Source: Lachnospiraceae bacterium (GTDB lineage Bacteria > Bacillota > Clostridia > Lachnospirales > Lachnospiraceae). Taken from it: a DNA stretch of 64,000 bases. Below the pieces are notes generated by a model that saw only the letters and a program-made list of their open reading frames with translations, did no database searches and was not told the DNA's origin. The stretch covers positions 1-64,000 of the forward strand of contig JALEKK010000036.1 in NCBI GenBank assembly GCA_022769005.1, read 5' to 3'. Made by a program: the position numbers and the translations under genes. Shown here one piece after another: positions 20,209 to 30,834 of this stretch (its first letter is position 1; each line of letters begins with the position of its first letter).

Positions 20209-23200
20209 ATGACATATGAAAAAGTCTCTTCCGATATGAATTTTCTGGAGAGAGAAAACGTTATAGAACAATTTTGGAAAGACAACAATATTGTTGAGAA
20301 ATCCTTAAAGCAGAGAGAAGGATGTCCCGTATATACATTTTATGACGGTCCTCCGACTGCTAACGGAAAGCCGCACGTAGGGCATGTTTTGACACGTGTT
20401 ATCAAGGATATGATTCCGAGATACAGAACCATGAAGGGGTATTATGTTCCGAGAAAGGCCGGATGGGATACACACGGTCTTCCGGTAGAACTTGAAATAG
20501 AGAAGAAGATAGGAATAAACGGTAAGGAGCAGATTGAGAATTACGGAATCGAACCGTTCGTTAAGCAGTGTAAGGAAAGTGTATGGCAGTATAAGTCCAT
20601 GTGGGAAGAATTCTCATCTAAAGTAGGATTCTGGGTAGACATGAAACATCCGTACATTACTTATGAAAATAATTTTATCGAATCCGAGTGGTGGGCTTTA
20701 AAAGAGATTTTCAACAGAGGTCTTTTGTACAAGGGATTTAAGATTGTACCGTATTGCCCTCGTTGCGGAACACCTCTTTCATCACATGAGGTCGCTCAGG
20801 GATATAAGACGGTAAAAGAAAAATCCGCAATAGTTAAGTTTAAGAAAAAAGATGAAGATGTTTTCTTCCTTGTATGGACAACAACGCCTTGGACATTACC
20901 TTCCAATACGGCTCTCTGTGTTAATCCGGACGAAACATACGTAAAGGTAAAGGCTGCGGACGGATATACATATATTTTAGCCGAAGCTTTGGCTCCTAAG
21001 GTGCTTTCCGGATTATTTAAAAAAGCCAATCCGGATTCGGAAGAAAACGGAGCGGATTACGAAGTTCTTGAAAAATATAAGGGTTCCGACCTTGAAAATC
21101 AGGAATATGACGCTTTATACGCCTGCTCCAAAAAAGAAGCGGAAAATCAGAAGAAAAAGAGCCATTTTGTTGTATCTGACAACTATGTAACGATGTCTGA
21201 CGGTACCGGTATCGTTCATATTGCTCCCGCATTCGGTGAGGATGATTCAAGACTCGGAAGAAAGTATGATCTTCCTTATCTTCAGTTTGTTGACGGTGCA
21301 GGTAACATGACAGAGGAAACGGATTTTGCCGGAATATTTATTAAGAAGGCAGATCCGCTTATATTGGATGAACTGAAATCAAGAAATCAACTTTTTTCGG
21401 CGCCTAAGTTGGAGCATGAATATCCTTTCTGCTGGAGGTGTGATACTCCTCTTATTTATTATGCAAGAGAATCATGGTTTATTAAGATGTCCGAGGTAAA
21501 GGATAATCTTATTAAGAATAATGAGACCATTAACTGGATTCCGGAAACAATAGGAAAGGGAAGATTCGGCGCATGGCTTGAAAATGTTCAGGATTGGGCA
21601 ATATCAAGAGACAGATATTGGGGTACTCCGCTTAATGTATGGAAATGTGATGATTGCGGCGAATTGGAGGCAATCGGAAGCATAGAAGAACTCAAAGAAA
21701 AGGGCGATAATGTACCTGATGACATAGAGCTTCACAAACCTTACATAGATAAGATAACGGTTAAATGTCCTCACTGCGGAAAGACAATGCACAGGACTCC
21801 GGAGGTTATTGACTGTTGGTTTGACTCAGGTTCAATGCCTTTTGCACAGCATCATTATCCATTTGAAAACAAAGAGGTATTTAACGAGCAGTTCCCGGCA
21901 CAGTTTATCTCTGAAGCCGTTGACCAGACAAGAGGATGGTTCTATTCTCTTCTTGCGATTTCAACTTTACTGTTTGACAAAGCGCCTTATGAAAATGTTA
22001 TTGTTCTCGGACATGTTCTCGATAAAGACGGCAATAAGATGAGTAAGTCAAAGGGAAATGCGGTTGATCCTATGGAAGCTCTTAATAAGCACGGAGCTGA
22101 CGCTATCAGATGGTATTTCTATGAAAATTCACAGCCATGGCTTCCTAACAGATTCTATGATGATGCGGTTACGGAAGGTCAGCGTAAGTTCATAGGAACT
22201 CTTTGGAATACATATGCGTTCTTCGTTTTATATGCAAATATCGACGAATTTGACGCTTCAAAATATTCTCTTGATAAAGACTCTCTGACTATTATGGATA
22301 AGTGGATTCTGTCCAGACTTGAAACTCTTATAAAAGAAGTCGACGATCATTTGGAAAATTACAGAATTACGGAAGCCGCAAGAGCCATGGAAGACTTTAC
22401 GGATGAACTTTCCAATTGGTATGTAAGACGATGCAGAGAGAGATTCTGGGCGAAAGGTATGGAGCAGGATAAGATTAATGCATATATGACTCTTTATACC
22501 GTACTTACAAGATTTATCAAATTAGCGGCTCCTATGGTTCCGTTTGTAACTGAGACAATTTATCAGAATCTTGTAAGAAGCATTGACAAAGATGCTCCCG
22601 AAAGTATTCATTTTTGCGATTATCCCGTATCAAGAGAAGAATTTATCGATAAGGATATTGAGGAAAATATGAATATTGTACTCAATACCGTTGTCATCGG
22701 AAGAGCCTGCAGAAATGCATCGGGAATTAAGACGAGACAGCCTCTCGGAAAGATGTACGTTTCAAGTGATAAGAAGCTTGATGAATTCTATGCCGAAATC
22801 ATAAAAGATGAATTAAACGTTAAAGAAGTTGTATGGCAGACGGACGTATCTGAATATACAATGTACAGCTTTAAGCCTCAGCTTAAAACTCTCGGACCTA
22901 AGTTCGGAAAATTAATAGGCGGAATTAAGAAAGCTCTTGAAACGGTTGACAGTGCAAAGGCAACCGAAGAGCTTAAAACACATAATTCCGTTACGGTAAA
23001 TGTAAACGGCGAAGACATTACCATTGATGCCGAAGATTTGCTTATAACCATGATACATAAAGAAGGTTTTGCTGCTGAATCCGGAAACGGTATAACCGTC
23101 GTATTCGATACGCAATTAACAGAAGATCTTCTTGAAGAGGGATATATAAGAGAAATCGTAAGCAAGATTCAAACCATGAGAAAGGATGCCGGCTTTGAAG

Positions 23201-23394
23201 TAATGGACAGAATCAACGTTTATGCATACGGAGATTCTGATTTTGAAGTCATTGCAAAATATGCGAAAAAAGTTGCCGACACCGTTCTCGCTGATGAAAT
23301 AATTATTAATGACGGCGGAACAAGAGAAGATATCTTTACAAAGGATTGGAAGATTGACGATGAAGATATAACTCTCGGAGTAAAAAAGGTATGA
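20209..23394 (+). CDS. ileS: Isoleucyl-tRNA synthetase (type 2 / eukaryote-like long form)
   Basis: Class I HIGH motif (PPTANGKPHVGHV), KMSKS motif and editing domain are present. Size is about 1060 aa. The start was chosen at ATG 20209, which follows aaaggaag. The ORF track begins at GTG 20191. Confidence 0.95.
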   Translation: MTYEKVSSDMNFLERENVIEQFWKDNNIVEKSLKQREGCPVYTFYDGPPTANGKPHVGHVLTRVIKDMIPRYRTMKGYYVPRKAGWDTHGLPVELEIEKKIGINGKEQIENYGIEPFVKQCKESVWQYKSMWEEFSSKVGFWVDMKHPYITYENNFIESEWWALKEIFNRGLLYKGFKIVPYCPRCGTPLSSHEVAQGYKTVKEKSAIVKFKKKDEDVFFLVWTTTPWTLPSNTALCVNPDETYVKVKAADGYTYILAEALAPKVLSGLFKKANPDSEENGADYEVLEKYKGSDLENQEYDALYACSKKEAENQKKKSHFVVSDNYVTMSDGTGIVHIAPAFGEDDSRLGRKYDLPYLQFVDGAGNMTEETDFAGIFIKKADPLILDELKSRNQLFSAPKLEHEYPFCWRCDTPLIYYARESWFIKMSEVKDNLIKNNETINWIPETIGKGRFGAWLENVQDWAISRDRYWGTPLNVWKCDDCGELEAIGSIEELKEKGDNVPDDIELHKPYIDKITVKCPHCGKTMHRTPEVIDCWFDSGSMPFAQHHYPFENKEVFNEQFPAQFISEAVDQTRGWFYSLLAISTLLFDKAPYENVIVLGHVLDKDGNKMSKSKGNAVDPMEALNKHGADAIRWYFYENSQPWLPNRFYDDAVTEGQRKFIGTLWNTYAFFVLYANIDEFDASKYSLDKDSLTIMDKWILSRLETLIKEVDDHLENYRITEAARAMEDFTDELSNWYVRRCRERFWAKGMEQDKINAYMTLYTVLTRFIKLAAPMVPFVTETIYQNLVRSIDKDAPESIHFCDYPVSREEFIDKDIEENMNIVLNTVVIGRACRNASGIKTRQPLGKMYVSSDKKLDEFYAEIIKDELNVKEVVWQTDVSEYTMYSFKPQLKTLGPKFGKLIGGIKKALETVDSAKATEELKTHNSVTVNVNGEDITIDAEDLLITMIHKEGFAAESGNGITVVFDTQLTEDLLEEGYIREIVSKIQTMRKDAGFEVMDRINVYAYGDSDFEVIAKYAKKVADTVLADEIIINDGGTREDIFTKDWKIDDEDITLGVKKV

Positions 23395-25382
23395 ATGACG
23401 ACTATAGATATCTTATGCAATTAGGGCAGAGTTTCCCTGATATTTTAAGTGCAGCGGAAGAGGTTATTAACCTTGAAGCGATACTTAACCTTCCAAAGGG
23501 TACGGAACACTATTTATCGGATATACACGGTGAACATGAAGCGTTTTTTCATGTTGTAAAAAATGCTTCCGGTACCATACGCAGAAAGATAGACGACGCT
23601 TTGTCGGATACGGTATCGATTAAAGATAAGCGCGAATTGGCTACAATTATTTATTATCCAAAGGAAAAGCTCGCAAGATTAAAGTCTGCGGGCTTACTGG
23701 ATGAAGATATGTTGAGAGTCACGCTTAACAGACTGATAAAAGTATGTAAGCTTATTTGCTCAAAATATACAAGATCCAAGGTGAGAAAGTCTTTGCCGAA
23801 ATCATATGCTTATATTATAGAAGAGCTTATGACGGAAGGGCCGGAAATGAAGAATAAGAGCGAATACTTTGATGCGATTATAACTTCCATCATAGAGCTT
23901 GGAAGCGCTGAAGATTTTATTATACAGATATCCGATCTTATCCGCAGAATGGCCATAGACAGACTGCACATTATAGGTGATATATTTGACAGAGGTCCCG
24001 GACCGCATTTTATTATGGATTTCCTTTGTGACTATCATTCATTTGATGTTCAGTGGGGGAATCATGATGTTGTTTGGATGGGTGCGGCATTGGGGCATAT
24101 TCAGTGTATTACCAATATAATCCGTAATTCATTGAGATATGACGGGTTGGATATATTGGAAGACGGTTACGGAATTAACATGGAGCCTCTCGAAAAATTT
24201 GCGGAGAATGTATATGCCGACGATCCGTGTATATGTTATAAGGTGAAGGATAAGGACATTACACAGGACAGACATATGCAGCTTACTCTTAAGATGCATA
24301 AAGCAATCAGCATTATACAATGGAAAACGGAAGGCGAATTAATAAGCAGAAGACCTGAATACAATATGGACGACAGACGTCTACTGCATTTAATCGATTA
24401 CGAAAAAGGCACCATAAAATTAGACGGGAAAGAATATGAATTAAAGGATAAACTGTATCCGACAATAAATCCCAATGATCCGTACAAGCTGACAGCCGAA
24501 GAAGAGGAGCTTGTAAAATATCTGTCTTTATCATTTTCACAGTGCGAAAAGTTAAATAAACACGCCGAACTTCTTGTTCAAAAGGGAAGTTTATATCTTA
24601 TATATAACAATATGATCATGTTTCACGGATGCATTCCGATGACTGAAGACGGAAAATTCAGAGATGTAAATGTCTACGGCAGGAAATGCAGCGGCAGGGA
24701 ACTTATGGATGAATTGGATTCATATGTAAGGAAGGCATTTTTATCCGACAATGAGGAAGAAAGAGAAAAGGGAGCAGACATTTTATGGTATTTATGGAAC
24801 GCTCCGGATTCTCCGATATTCGGTAAAAGCCGAATGGCGACATTGGAGAGATATCTTATCGCCGAAAAGGAGACATGGACTGAAGTTAAGGACCCTTATT
24901 ATTCGCTGATAAAGAATGACAGTGTTTTGGACGGTGAGAATATATCCGTTTCGGAAAAGGCCGTTAATGCTGTTTTTGAGGAGTTCGGGCTTGACGGAGA
25001 GACTGCCAAAATAATAAACGGACATGTTCCCGTAAAGCATAAAAACGGTGAAAGTCCGATTAAAGCAAAGGGAAAAGTGGTTGTAATAGACGGAGGCTTT
25101 GCACAAACATATCATAAAGATACCGGTATTGCGGGTTATACATATATTTATAATTCACACGGCATGATATTGGTTGCTCATAAACCGTTTACAACCACGG
25201 AAGAAGCCATTGAAAACTGCTATGACATAGCATCGGAACTCGTCGCGGATGAAAATGCAAAAAGAAGGATATATATTGCCGACACGGATACCGGAGCAAA
25301 ATTAAAAAGCAGAATCGAAGATTTAAAGAAACTTATTGAGTGTTATAAAAACGGTACTATTAAAGAAACTCGAAAGGATTAA
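23391..25382 (+). CDS. fbp: Fructose-1,6-bisphosphatase class 3
   Basis: The N-terminus has INLEAILNLPKGTEHYLSDIHGE, which is characteristic of Firmicutes class III FBPase. Size is 663 aa. The start overlaps the ileS stop (ATGA). Confidence 0.9.
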   Translation: MNDDYRYLMQLGQSFPDILSAAEEVINLEAILNLPKGTEHYLSDIHGEHEAFFHVVKNASGTIRRKIDDALSDTVSIKDKRELATIIYYPKEKLARLKSAGLLDEDMLRVTLNRLIKVCKLICSKYTRSKVRKSLPKSYAYIIEELMTEGPEMKNKSEYFDAIITSIIELGSAEDFIIQISDLIRRMAIDRLHIIGDIFDRGPGPHFIMDFLCDYHSFDVQWGNHDVVWMGAALGHIQCITNIIRNSLRYDGLDILEDGYGINMEPLEKFAENVYADDPCICYKVKDKDITQDRHMQLTLKMHKAISIIQWKTEGELISRRPEYNMDDRRLLHLIDYEKGTIKLDGKEYELKDKLYPTINPNDPYKLTAEEEELVKYLSLSFSQCEKLNKHAELLVQKGSLYLIYNNMIMFHGCIPMTEDGKFRDVNVYGRKCSGRELMDELDSYVRKAFLSDNEEEREKGADILWYLWNAPDSPIFGKSRMATLERYLIAEKETWTEVKDPYYSLIKNDSVLDGENISVSEKAVNAVFEEFGLDGETAKIINGHVPVKHKNGESPIKAKGKVVVIDGGFAQTYHKDTGIAGYTYIYNSHGMILVAHKPFTTTEEAIENCYDIASELVADENAKRRIYIADTDTGAKLKSRIEDLKKLIECYKNGTIKETRKD

Positions 25383-25384
25383 TT

Positions 25385-25906
25385 ATGAAAACCGAAGAAA
25401 TAAAGAGTTTAATAAGAGATATTTATGATTTTCCAAAAAAAGGAATTATTTTCAGGGATATAACAACACTGTTGAAAGACGCAGACGGACTTAAAATGGC
25501 TGTGGATGCAATTACGGATGCGGTTAAGGATCTTGATTTTGATTATGTTGTTGCTCCGGAGGCGAGAGGTTTTATATTCGGCGTACCTGTCAGCTATAAT
25601 CTCGGCAAGGGATTCATTCCTATAAGAAAAAAAGGCAAGCTTCCATGTGAAACCATCGCTAAGGAATACGGACTGGAATACGGCAATTCAATAATTGAAA
25701 TCCACAAAGATGCCGTTAAGCCGGGTGATAAAGTAATTATTGTCGATGATCTTATGGCAACGGGAGGAACAACCAAAGCCATGGCCGATTTATTGGAAGA
25801 AATCGGAGCGGATGTCGTAAAGATAGTATGTTTACTTGAACTTGAAGACTTAAACGGCAAAGAGGCAGTAAAAGATTATAACTACGAAGGAATCGTTAAG
25901 TATTAA
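25385..25906 (+). CDS. apt: Adenine phosphoribosyltransferase
   Basis: 173 aa with a PRTase motif (VIIVDDLMATGGT). Confidence 0.9.
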   Translation: MKTEEIKSLIRDIYDFPKKGIIFRDITTLLKDADGLKMAVDAITDAVKDLDFDYVVAPEARGFIFGVPVSYNLGKGFIPIRKKGKLPCETIAKEYGLEYGNSIIEIHKDAVKPGDKVIIVDDLMATGGTTKAMADLLEEIGADVVKIVCLLELEDLNGKEAVKDYNYEGIVKY

Positions 25907-25946
25907 TTAACCTGTATAATTCTATAAGCAAAGACAAGGTGAGAAA

Positions 25947-27638
25947 TTGACTATATGGATAATTTTAGCGGCTCTTGCGGTACTTATTATATTTGCAGCC
26001 GTTAATTCCGGAAAAAACAGACATACGGATGAATTAGACAATTTAAAAAATAATTGGGGTAAACTCGGAGATAAACAATATCCGTCGGATGATTTTGAAA
26101 ATATATCTCATTATTATAAATTGTGTGAGAATGACGGTTACAGCGTGGATGACATAACCTGGAACGATTTGGAAATGGATGAAATTTTCCGGGCGCTGGA
26201 CAACTGCTCATCTTCAATAGGAAGGGAATATCTGTATAAGTCTTTAAGAAAACCTAATTTGGACATAAATAAAATAAAGGACATCGATGCGGCTGCTGCA
26301 TATATGTCATCACACGGTGATGAGCGTGTAAGCCTGCAGATGTCTCTTTCAAAGTTGGGCTTTGTGCATAAGGTTTCATTTTCGGATTATGTAAATGTAA
26401 TAAATGAATTAAATCCGCTCAAAAACAGCATTTCGTATTTGTTTAATGCTCTCAATGCCGCATCCGTTCTTATTATGATATTTATAAACGCTCAGTTCGG
26501 AGTGTTGGCATTAATAGCATCTCTGCTTGCGAGTACGGCTTATTATTTTAAAAAGAAGCCGGAAGCGGGAAGTTATTTTACGGCTTTGAGCCAGATATCG
26601 AGAATGGTAAGAACCGGAAAAGATATTGATAAGAAAAAGAAATCCTATTCGAATATGCCTAAAGTACTGACCGACGTTTTAAATAATATAAAGAAAGATA
26701 CGGACATTATTTATCCTTCAATAAGAAACGACTGGCTTTTACCGGACACGGGTGCTAATTCATCAATCGTCGAAGTTATAATGAATTATATCAGAATGTT
26801 TACACATGTTGATTTAATACATTACAACAGAGCGATAAGACAGATAAAAGGTAAGAGTAAAAACGTAATTTCTCTTATGGATAATCTGGGATATATTGAA
26901 CTTGCCATATGTACCGCATCATTCAGAGAAGCAATTAAAAAGTACTCATATCCGGACTTACATGAAGATGAGAAACTCGGCATAAATGTTGAAGGAATAT
27001 ACCATCCTCTCATTAAGGATGCGGTTCCTAACGATATAAAAAATGCCAAAAATGTACTTATAACAGGTTCGAATGCATCCGGAAAATCAACATTTCTTAA
27101 ATCGATAGCATTGAATATGATACTCAGCCAATCCATTGCAACCTCTGTTTCGGATAAGTATTCCGCACCCGTATATAAACTTTATTCATCCATGTCTTTA
27201 AGAGATGACTATAAGACAAAGGGAAGTTACTACATGGTAGAAATAAGGGCTTTAAAGAGGATTATTGATGCGGCTGAAAACAGTGATGTTCCGGTGCTTG
27301 TAATTGTAGATGAGGTTTTAAGAGGTACAAATACAATCGAAAGAATAGCGGCCGGATCTTCGATTTTACAATATCTTCAAAGCGAAAACACAAATACATT
27401 TGCCGCTACTCATGATATTGAGATAACGGAGATTTTAAATGATTCATATTCTGATTATCATTTCAGAGAATCTTTTAATGAAGAAGGCGACATTGTATTT
27501 ACGTATAAATTGCAGGAGGGAGCGGCTACCACAAGAAATGCCATTGCGCTCCTTGAGACTCTCGGATTTGATGATAAGATTACGGATAAAGCCAATAAAA
27601 GAGCAAAAGAATTTATGGATACAGGAATATGGAGATAA
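25947..27638 (+). CDS. MutS-related protein (MutS domain V ABC ATPase with an N-terminal TM helix); not a canonical MutS1/MutS2
   Basis: Walker A is LITGSNASGKSTFLK. An ABC-like motif is VLVIVDEVLRGTN. The N-terminal hydrophobic helix is IWIILAALAVLIIFAAV. A TTG start follows aaggtgag. Confidence 0.7.
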   Translation: MTIWIILAALAVLIIFAAVNSGKNRHTDELDNLKNNWGKLGDKQYPSDDFENISHYYKLCENDGYSVDDITWNDLEMDEIFRALDNCSSSIGREYLYKSLRKPNLDINKIKDIDAAAAYMSSHGDERVSLQMSLSKLGFVHKVSFSDYVNVINELNPLKNSISYLFNALNAASVLIMIFINAQFGVLALIASLLASTAYYFKKKPEAGSYFTALSQISRMVRTGKDIDKKKKSYSNMPKVLTDVLNNIKKDTDIIYPSIRNDWLLPDTGANSSIVEVIMNYIRMFTHVDLIHYNRAIRQIKGKSKNVISLMDNLGYIELAICTASFREAIKKYSYPDLHEDEKLGINVEGIYHPLIKDAVPNDIKNAKNVLITGSNASGKSTFLKSIALNMILSQSIATSVSDKYSAPVYKLYSSMSLRDDYKTKGSYYMVEIRALKRIIDAAENSDVPVLVIVDEVLRGTNTIERIAAGSSILQYLQSENTNTFAATHDIEITEILNDSYSDYHFRESFNEEGDIVFTYKLQEGAATTRNAIALLETLGFDDKITDKANKRAKEFMDTGIWR

Positions 27639-27649
27639 AGGAGGATATA

Positions 27650-30328
27650 ATGGGGAAAGAATTAAAGTGGCAAAGTGTTAACGAACTCAGAGAGAAATTT
27701 TTGTCTTTTTTTGAATCGAAAGGTCATTTAAGACTAAAGAGTTTTTCTCTTGTACCGCACAATGACAACAGTTTATTGCTGATAAATTCAGGTATGGCGC
27801 CGCTTAAACCGTATTTTACGGGGCAGGAGGTTCCGCCGAGAAAAAGAGTAACAACATGTCAGAAGTGCATCAGAACAGGCGACATTGAAAATGTGGGTAA
27901 AACCGCAAGACACGGTACTTTCTTTGAGATGCTCGGTAACTTCTCGTTCGGAGATTACTTCAAAACGGAAGCAATTCACTGGTCATGGGAGTTCCTTACG
28001 GAGGTTGTCGGTCTTGATCCGGAGAGACTGTATCCGTCTGTATATTTGGAAGACGATGAGGCATTTGATATATGGAATAAAGAAATCGGTATTCCCGCAG
28101 ACAGAATATACAGGTTCGGCAAAGAAGATAATTTCTGGGAGCACGGAAAAGGACCTTGCGGTCCGTGTTCGGAAATATATTACGACAGAGGAGAAAAGTA
28201 CGGTACCGGCCCGGAAGATGTAATGGGCGGAGAAGGAGACCGTTACATGGAAATCTGGAACAACGTATTTACTCAGTTTGAAAGTGACGGTGCGGGAAAT
28301 TATACTGAACTTTCACAGAAAAACATTGATACCGGTATGGGTCTTGAAAGACTTGCGGTAGTTGTTCAGGATGTGGATTCCATATTTGATGTCGATACAT
28401 TGGAACATCTCAGAAACGAAATATGTAAACTTGCAGGTATTGCGTACAAGGAAAATGCCGTTTCTGACATATCCATCAGAGTTATAACAGACCATATACG
28501 TTCTGTTACAATGATGGTCAGCGACGGAATTCTTCCTTCAAATGAAGGAAGAGGATATGTATTAAGAAGATTACTCAGAAGAGCGGCGCGTCACGGAAGA
28601 CTCCTTAAAATAGACGGTCTGTTCCTTTCGGATTTGGCTCAGGTTGTAATTGACGATTCTCATGATGCATATCCGCAGCTGGAGGAAAAGAAGGACTTCA
28701 TACTTTCCGTAATTGAGAGAGAGGAAGTAAACTTCAATGATACGATTGACAGAGGTCTGGCAATCTTAGATGAAATGATTGAAGATATCAAATCAGAAGG
28801 CGGAAAAGAGCTTTCAGGCGAAAATGCATTTAAGCTGTACGATACATACGGATTCCCTATTGATCTTACATTTGAAATTCTTGAAGAAAACGGAATAACC
28901 GTAGATATGGACGGCTTCAAAGCGGAAATGGAGAACCAGAGACAGACGGCCAGAAATGCAAGAAGCGAAAGCAACTACATGGGATCGGAAGAAACCATAT
29001 TCGACAACATGGATCCTGCCATTTGTTCTGAATTTGACGGATACGGCACTTTGGAAGAAAAAGGCAAGGTGCTCTGTATAACGAAAAGAGAGTTAACCGA
29101 TAAAGACAATTATAAAGACACCGAAGTGGTTCAGGCTCTTACCGAAGGAGAACACGGCACTGTCATAGTAGACAAGACTCCTTTTTACGGAACCATGGGC
29201 GGACAGGAAGGCGATATCGGTATCATAAGTACTCCTGAAGGCGAATTCAAAGTTACGTCAACAATTCACATTAAGGGCGGACGAATAGGACATATAGGTT
29301 TTATTACATCCGGAATGATTAAAGAAGGCGATACCGTAGACCTTAAGGTTGACGCCGATAACAGAGCGAACACATGCAAGAATCACTCCGCCACACATCT
29401 CCTTCAGGCAGCGCTTAAAAAAGTTCTCGGAAGTCATGTTGAACAGAAGGGCTCCTTTGTCGACGGAGACAGACTCAGGTTTGACTTCTCACACTTCAAG
29501 GCTCTTACAGAGGATGAAATAAAGGAAACGGAGCGTATTGTAAACAAAGCCATTTCAGACAATATTCCTGTAGAAACAAAGATAATGTCTCTTGAAGATG
29601 CCAAGAAAACGGGAGCCATGGCGCTTTTCGGTGAGAAATACGGCGACGAAGTAAGAGTTGTGGCAATGGGAGACGCTTCCATTGAACTTTGCGGCGGTAC
29701 TCACGTTAAGAATACCGGCAATATCTCTAATTTTAAAATTATTTCGGAGACCGGTATTGCGGCAGGCGTAAGAAGAATAGAGGCAATTACGGGAGAAGCG
29801 TTAAAGAATTATTATGATGCATTGGAAGCGGAAATAAAGGCTGCCGCTGCAATTGTCAAATCAGAACCTTCACTGCTTGTCAATAAGTTGAATACTCTTA
29901 TGGAAGATATGAAGAAGCTTCGCTCGGAAAATGAAAGTATTAAGGCAAAACTTGCGGCCAATGCCGTTAATTCAGCCGAAAGAGAAGAAGAAGTTATAGG
30001 TGATTTCAAATTTGTAATTCAAAAACTTGACGGAATCGCACCGGGAGAACTAAGAGACTTAGGCGATAAACTTAAGAATGAAACGGGTTCCGGCGTGGTG
30101 CTTCTTATCAGTACCGTTGACGGAAACGTAAATCTTCTTGTAATGGCAAGCGATGACGCCGTAAAAGCAGGAGCTCATGCCGGCAACATTGTAAAATCAA
30201 TTGCGGGAGCTGTCGGCGGAAAGGGCGGCGGTCGCCCTAACATGGCTCAGGCAGGCGGTAAAGATCCTAGCGGGACAGATTCCTGTATTGAACTTGCAAA
30301 GACAATTGTCAGAGAACAGTTAGGTTAA
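27650..30328 (+). CDS. alaS: Alanyl-tRNA synthetase
   Basis: The class II AlaRS catalytic core is present, with the editing HxxxH...CGGTH motif (HSATHLL, CGGTHV) and a C-terminal DHHA1 domain. ATG 27650 follows aaaggagg. The ORF track begins at 27629. Confidence 0.95.
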   Translation: MGKELKWQSVNELREKFLSFFESKGHLRLKSFSLVPHNDNSLLLINSGMAPLKPYFTGQEVPPRKRVTTCQKCIRTGDIENVGKTARHGTFFEMLGNFSFGDYFKTEAIHWSWEFLTEVVGLDPERLYPSVYLEDDEAFDIWNKEIGIPADRIYRFGKEDNFWEHGKGPCGPCSEIYYDRGEKYGTGPEDVMGGEGDRYMEIWNNVFTQFESDGAGNYTELSQKNIDTGMGLERLAVVVQDVDSIFDVDTLEHLRNEICKLAGIAYKENAVSDISIRVITDHIRSVTMMVSDGILPSNEGRGYVLRRLLRRAARHGRLLKIDGLFLSDLAQVVIDDSHDAYPQLEEKKDFILSVIEREEVNFNDTIDRGLAILDEMIEDIKSEGGKELSGENAFKLYDTYGFPIDLTFEILEENGITVDMDGFKAEMENQRQTARNARSESNYMGSEETIFDNMDPAICSEFDGYGTLEEKGKVLCITKRELTDKDNYKDTEVVQALTEGEHGTVIVDKTPFYGTMGGQEGDIGIISTPEGEFKVTSTIHIKGGRIGHIGFITSGMIKEGDTVDLKVDADNRANTCKNHSATHLLQAALKKVLGSHVEQKGSFVDGDRLRFDFSHFKALTEDEIKETERIVNKAISDNIPVETKIMSLEDAKKTGAMALFGEKYGDEVRVVAMGDASIELCGGTHVKNTGNISNFKIISETGIAAGVRRIEAITGEALKNYYDALEAEIKAAAAIVKSEPSLLVNKLNTLMEDMKKLRSENESIKAKLAANAVNSAEREEEVIGDFKFVIQKLDGIAPGELRDLGDKLKNETGSGVVLLISTVDGNVNLLVMASDDAVKAGAHAGNIVKSIAGAVGGKGGGRPNMAQAGGKDPSGTDSCIELAKTIVREQLG

Positions 30329-30400
30329 ATATTTATATATTCGGTTTTATTTACTTATAATTTTATGCAATGTTCCATGGATATTTGCGGTAAATAATTC

Positions 30401-30428
30401 TTGACTAAACATATGAATATGCTATAAT
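30401..30428 (+). promoter_or_regulatory. Sigma-A promoter of rpsU
   Basis: TTGACT at 30401-30406, a 16-nt spacer, then TATAAT at 30423-30428. Confidence 0.6.
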
Positions 30429-30486
30429 GGACAAATGCATATTGCTAGTACACTAAGATTTTCTTAGAAAGAAGGGTGGGTTGAGA

Positions 30487-30663
30487 ATGTCAAACGTAAT
30501 CGTTAAGGAAGGCGAGTCTCTTGATAGCGCTCTTCGTAGATTCAAGAGAAATTGCGCTAAGGCAGGTATCCAGCAGGAGATCCGTAAGCGTGAGCATTAT
30601 GAAAAGCCTAGCGTTCGTCGTAAAATGAAATCTGAAGCGGCTAGAAAACGTAAGTACAACTAA
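30487..30663 (+). CDS. rpsU: 30S ribosomal protein S21
   Basis: 58 aa, [28 protein letters not shown]..., which is classic S21. The start is ATG 30487 inside the track ORF. Confidence 0.92.
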   Translation: MSNVIVKEGESLDSALRRFKRNCAKAGIQQEIRKREHYEKPSVRRKMKSEAARKRKYN

Positions 30664-30673
30664 TACCTATAAA

Positions 30674-30704
30674 CTGTCATCTGCTGTGCAGATGGCAGTT
30701 TTTT
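30674..30704 (+). terminator. Rho-independent terminator after rpsU
   Basis: ctgtcatctgc-tgtg-cagatggcag followed by TTTTTT. Confidence 0.75.
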
Positions 30705-30834
30705 ATATTTTTATGTATAATACTCACAATGTGTATGTTTGATTTACATATCTGACATTTAAAATAAAGAAGAAATTAGAACATTAAATAATAATTTAAA
30801 ATTAAACAAAATAAGGAGAGCAAAAATTTAATTT

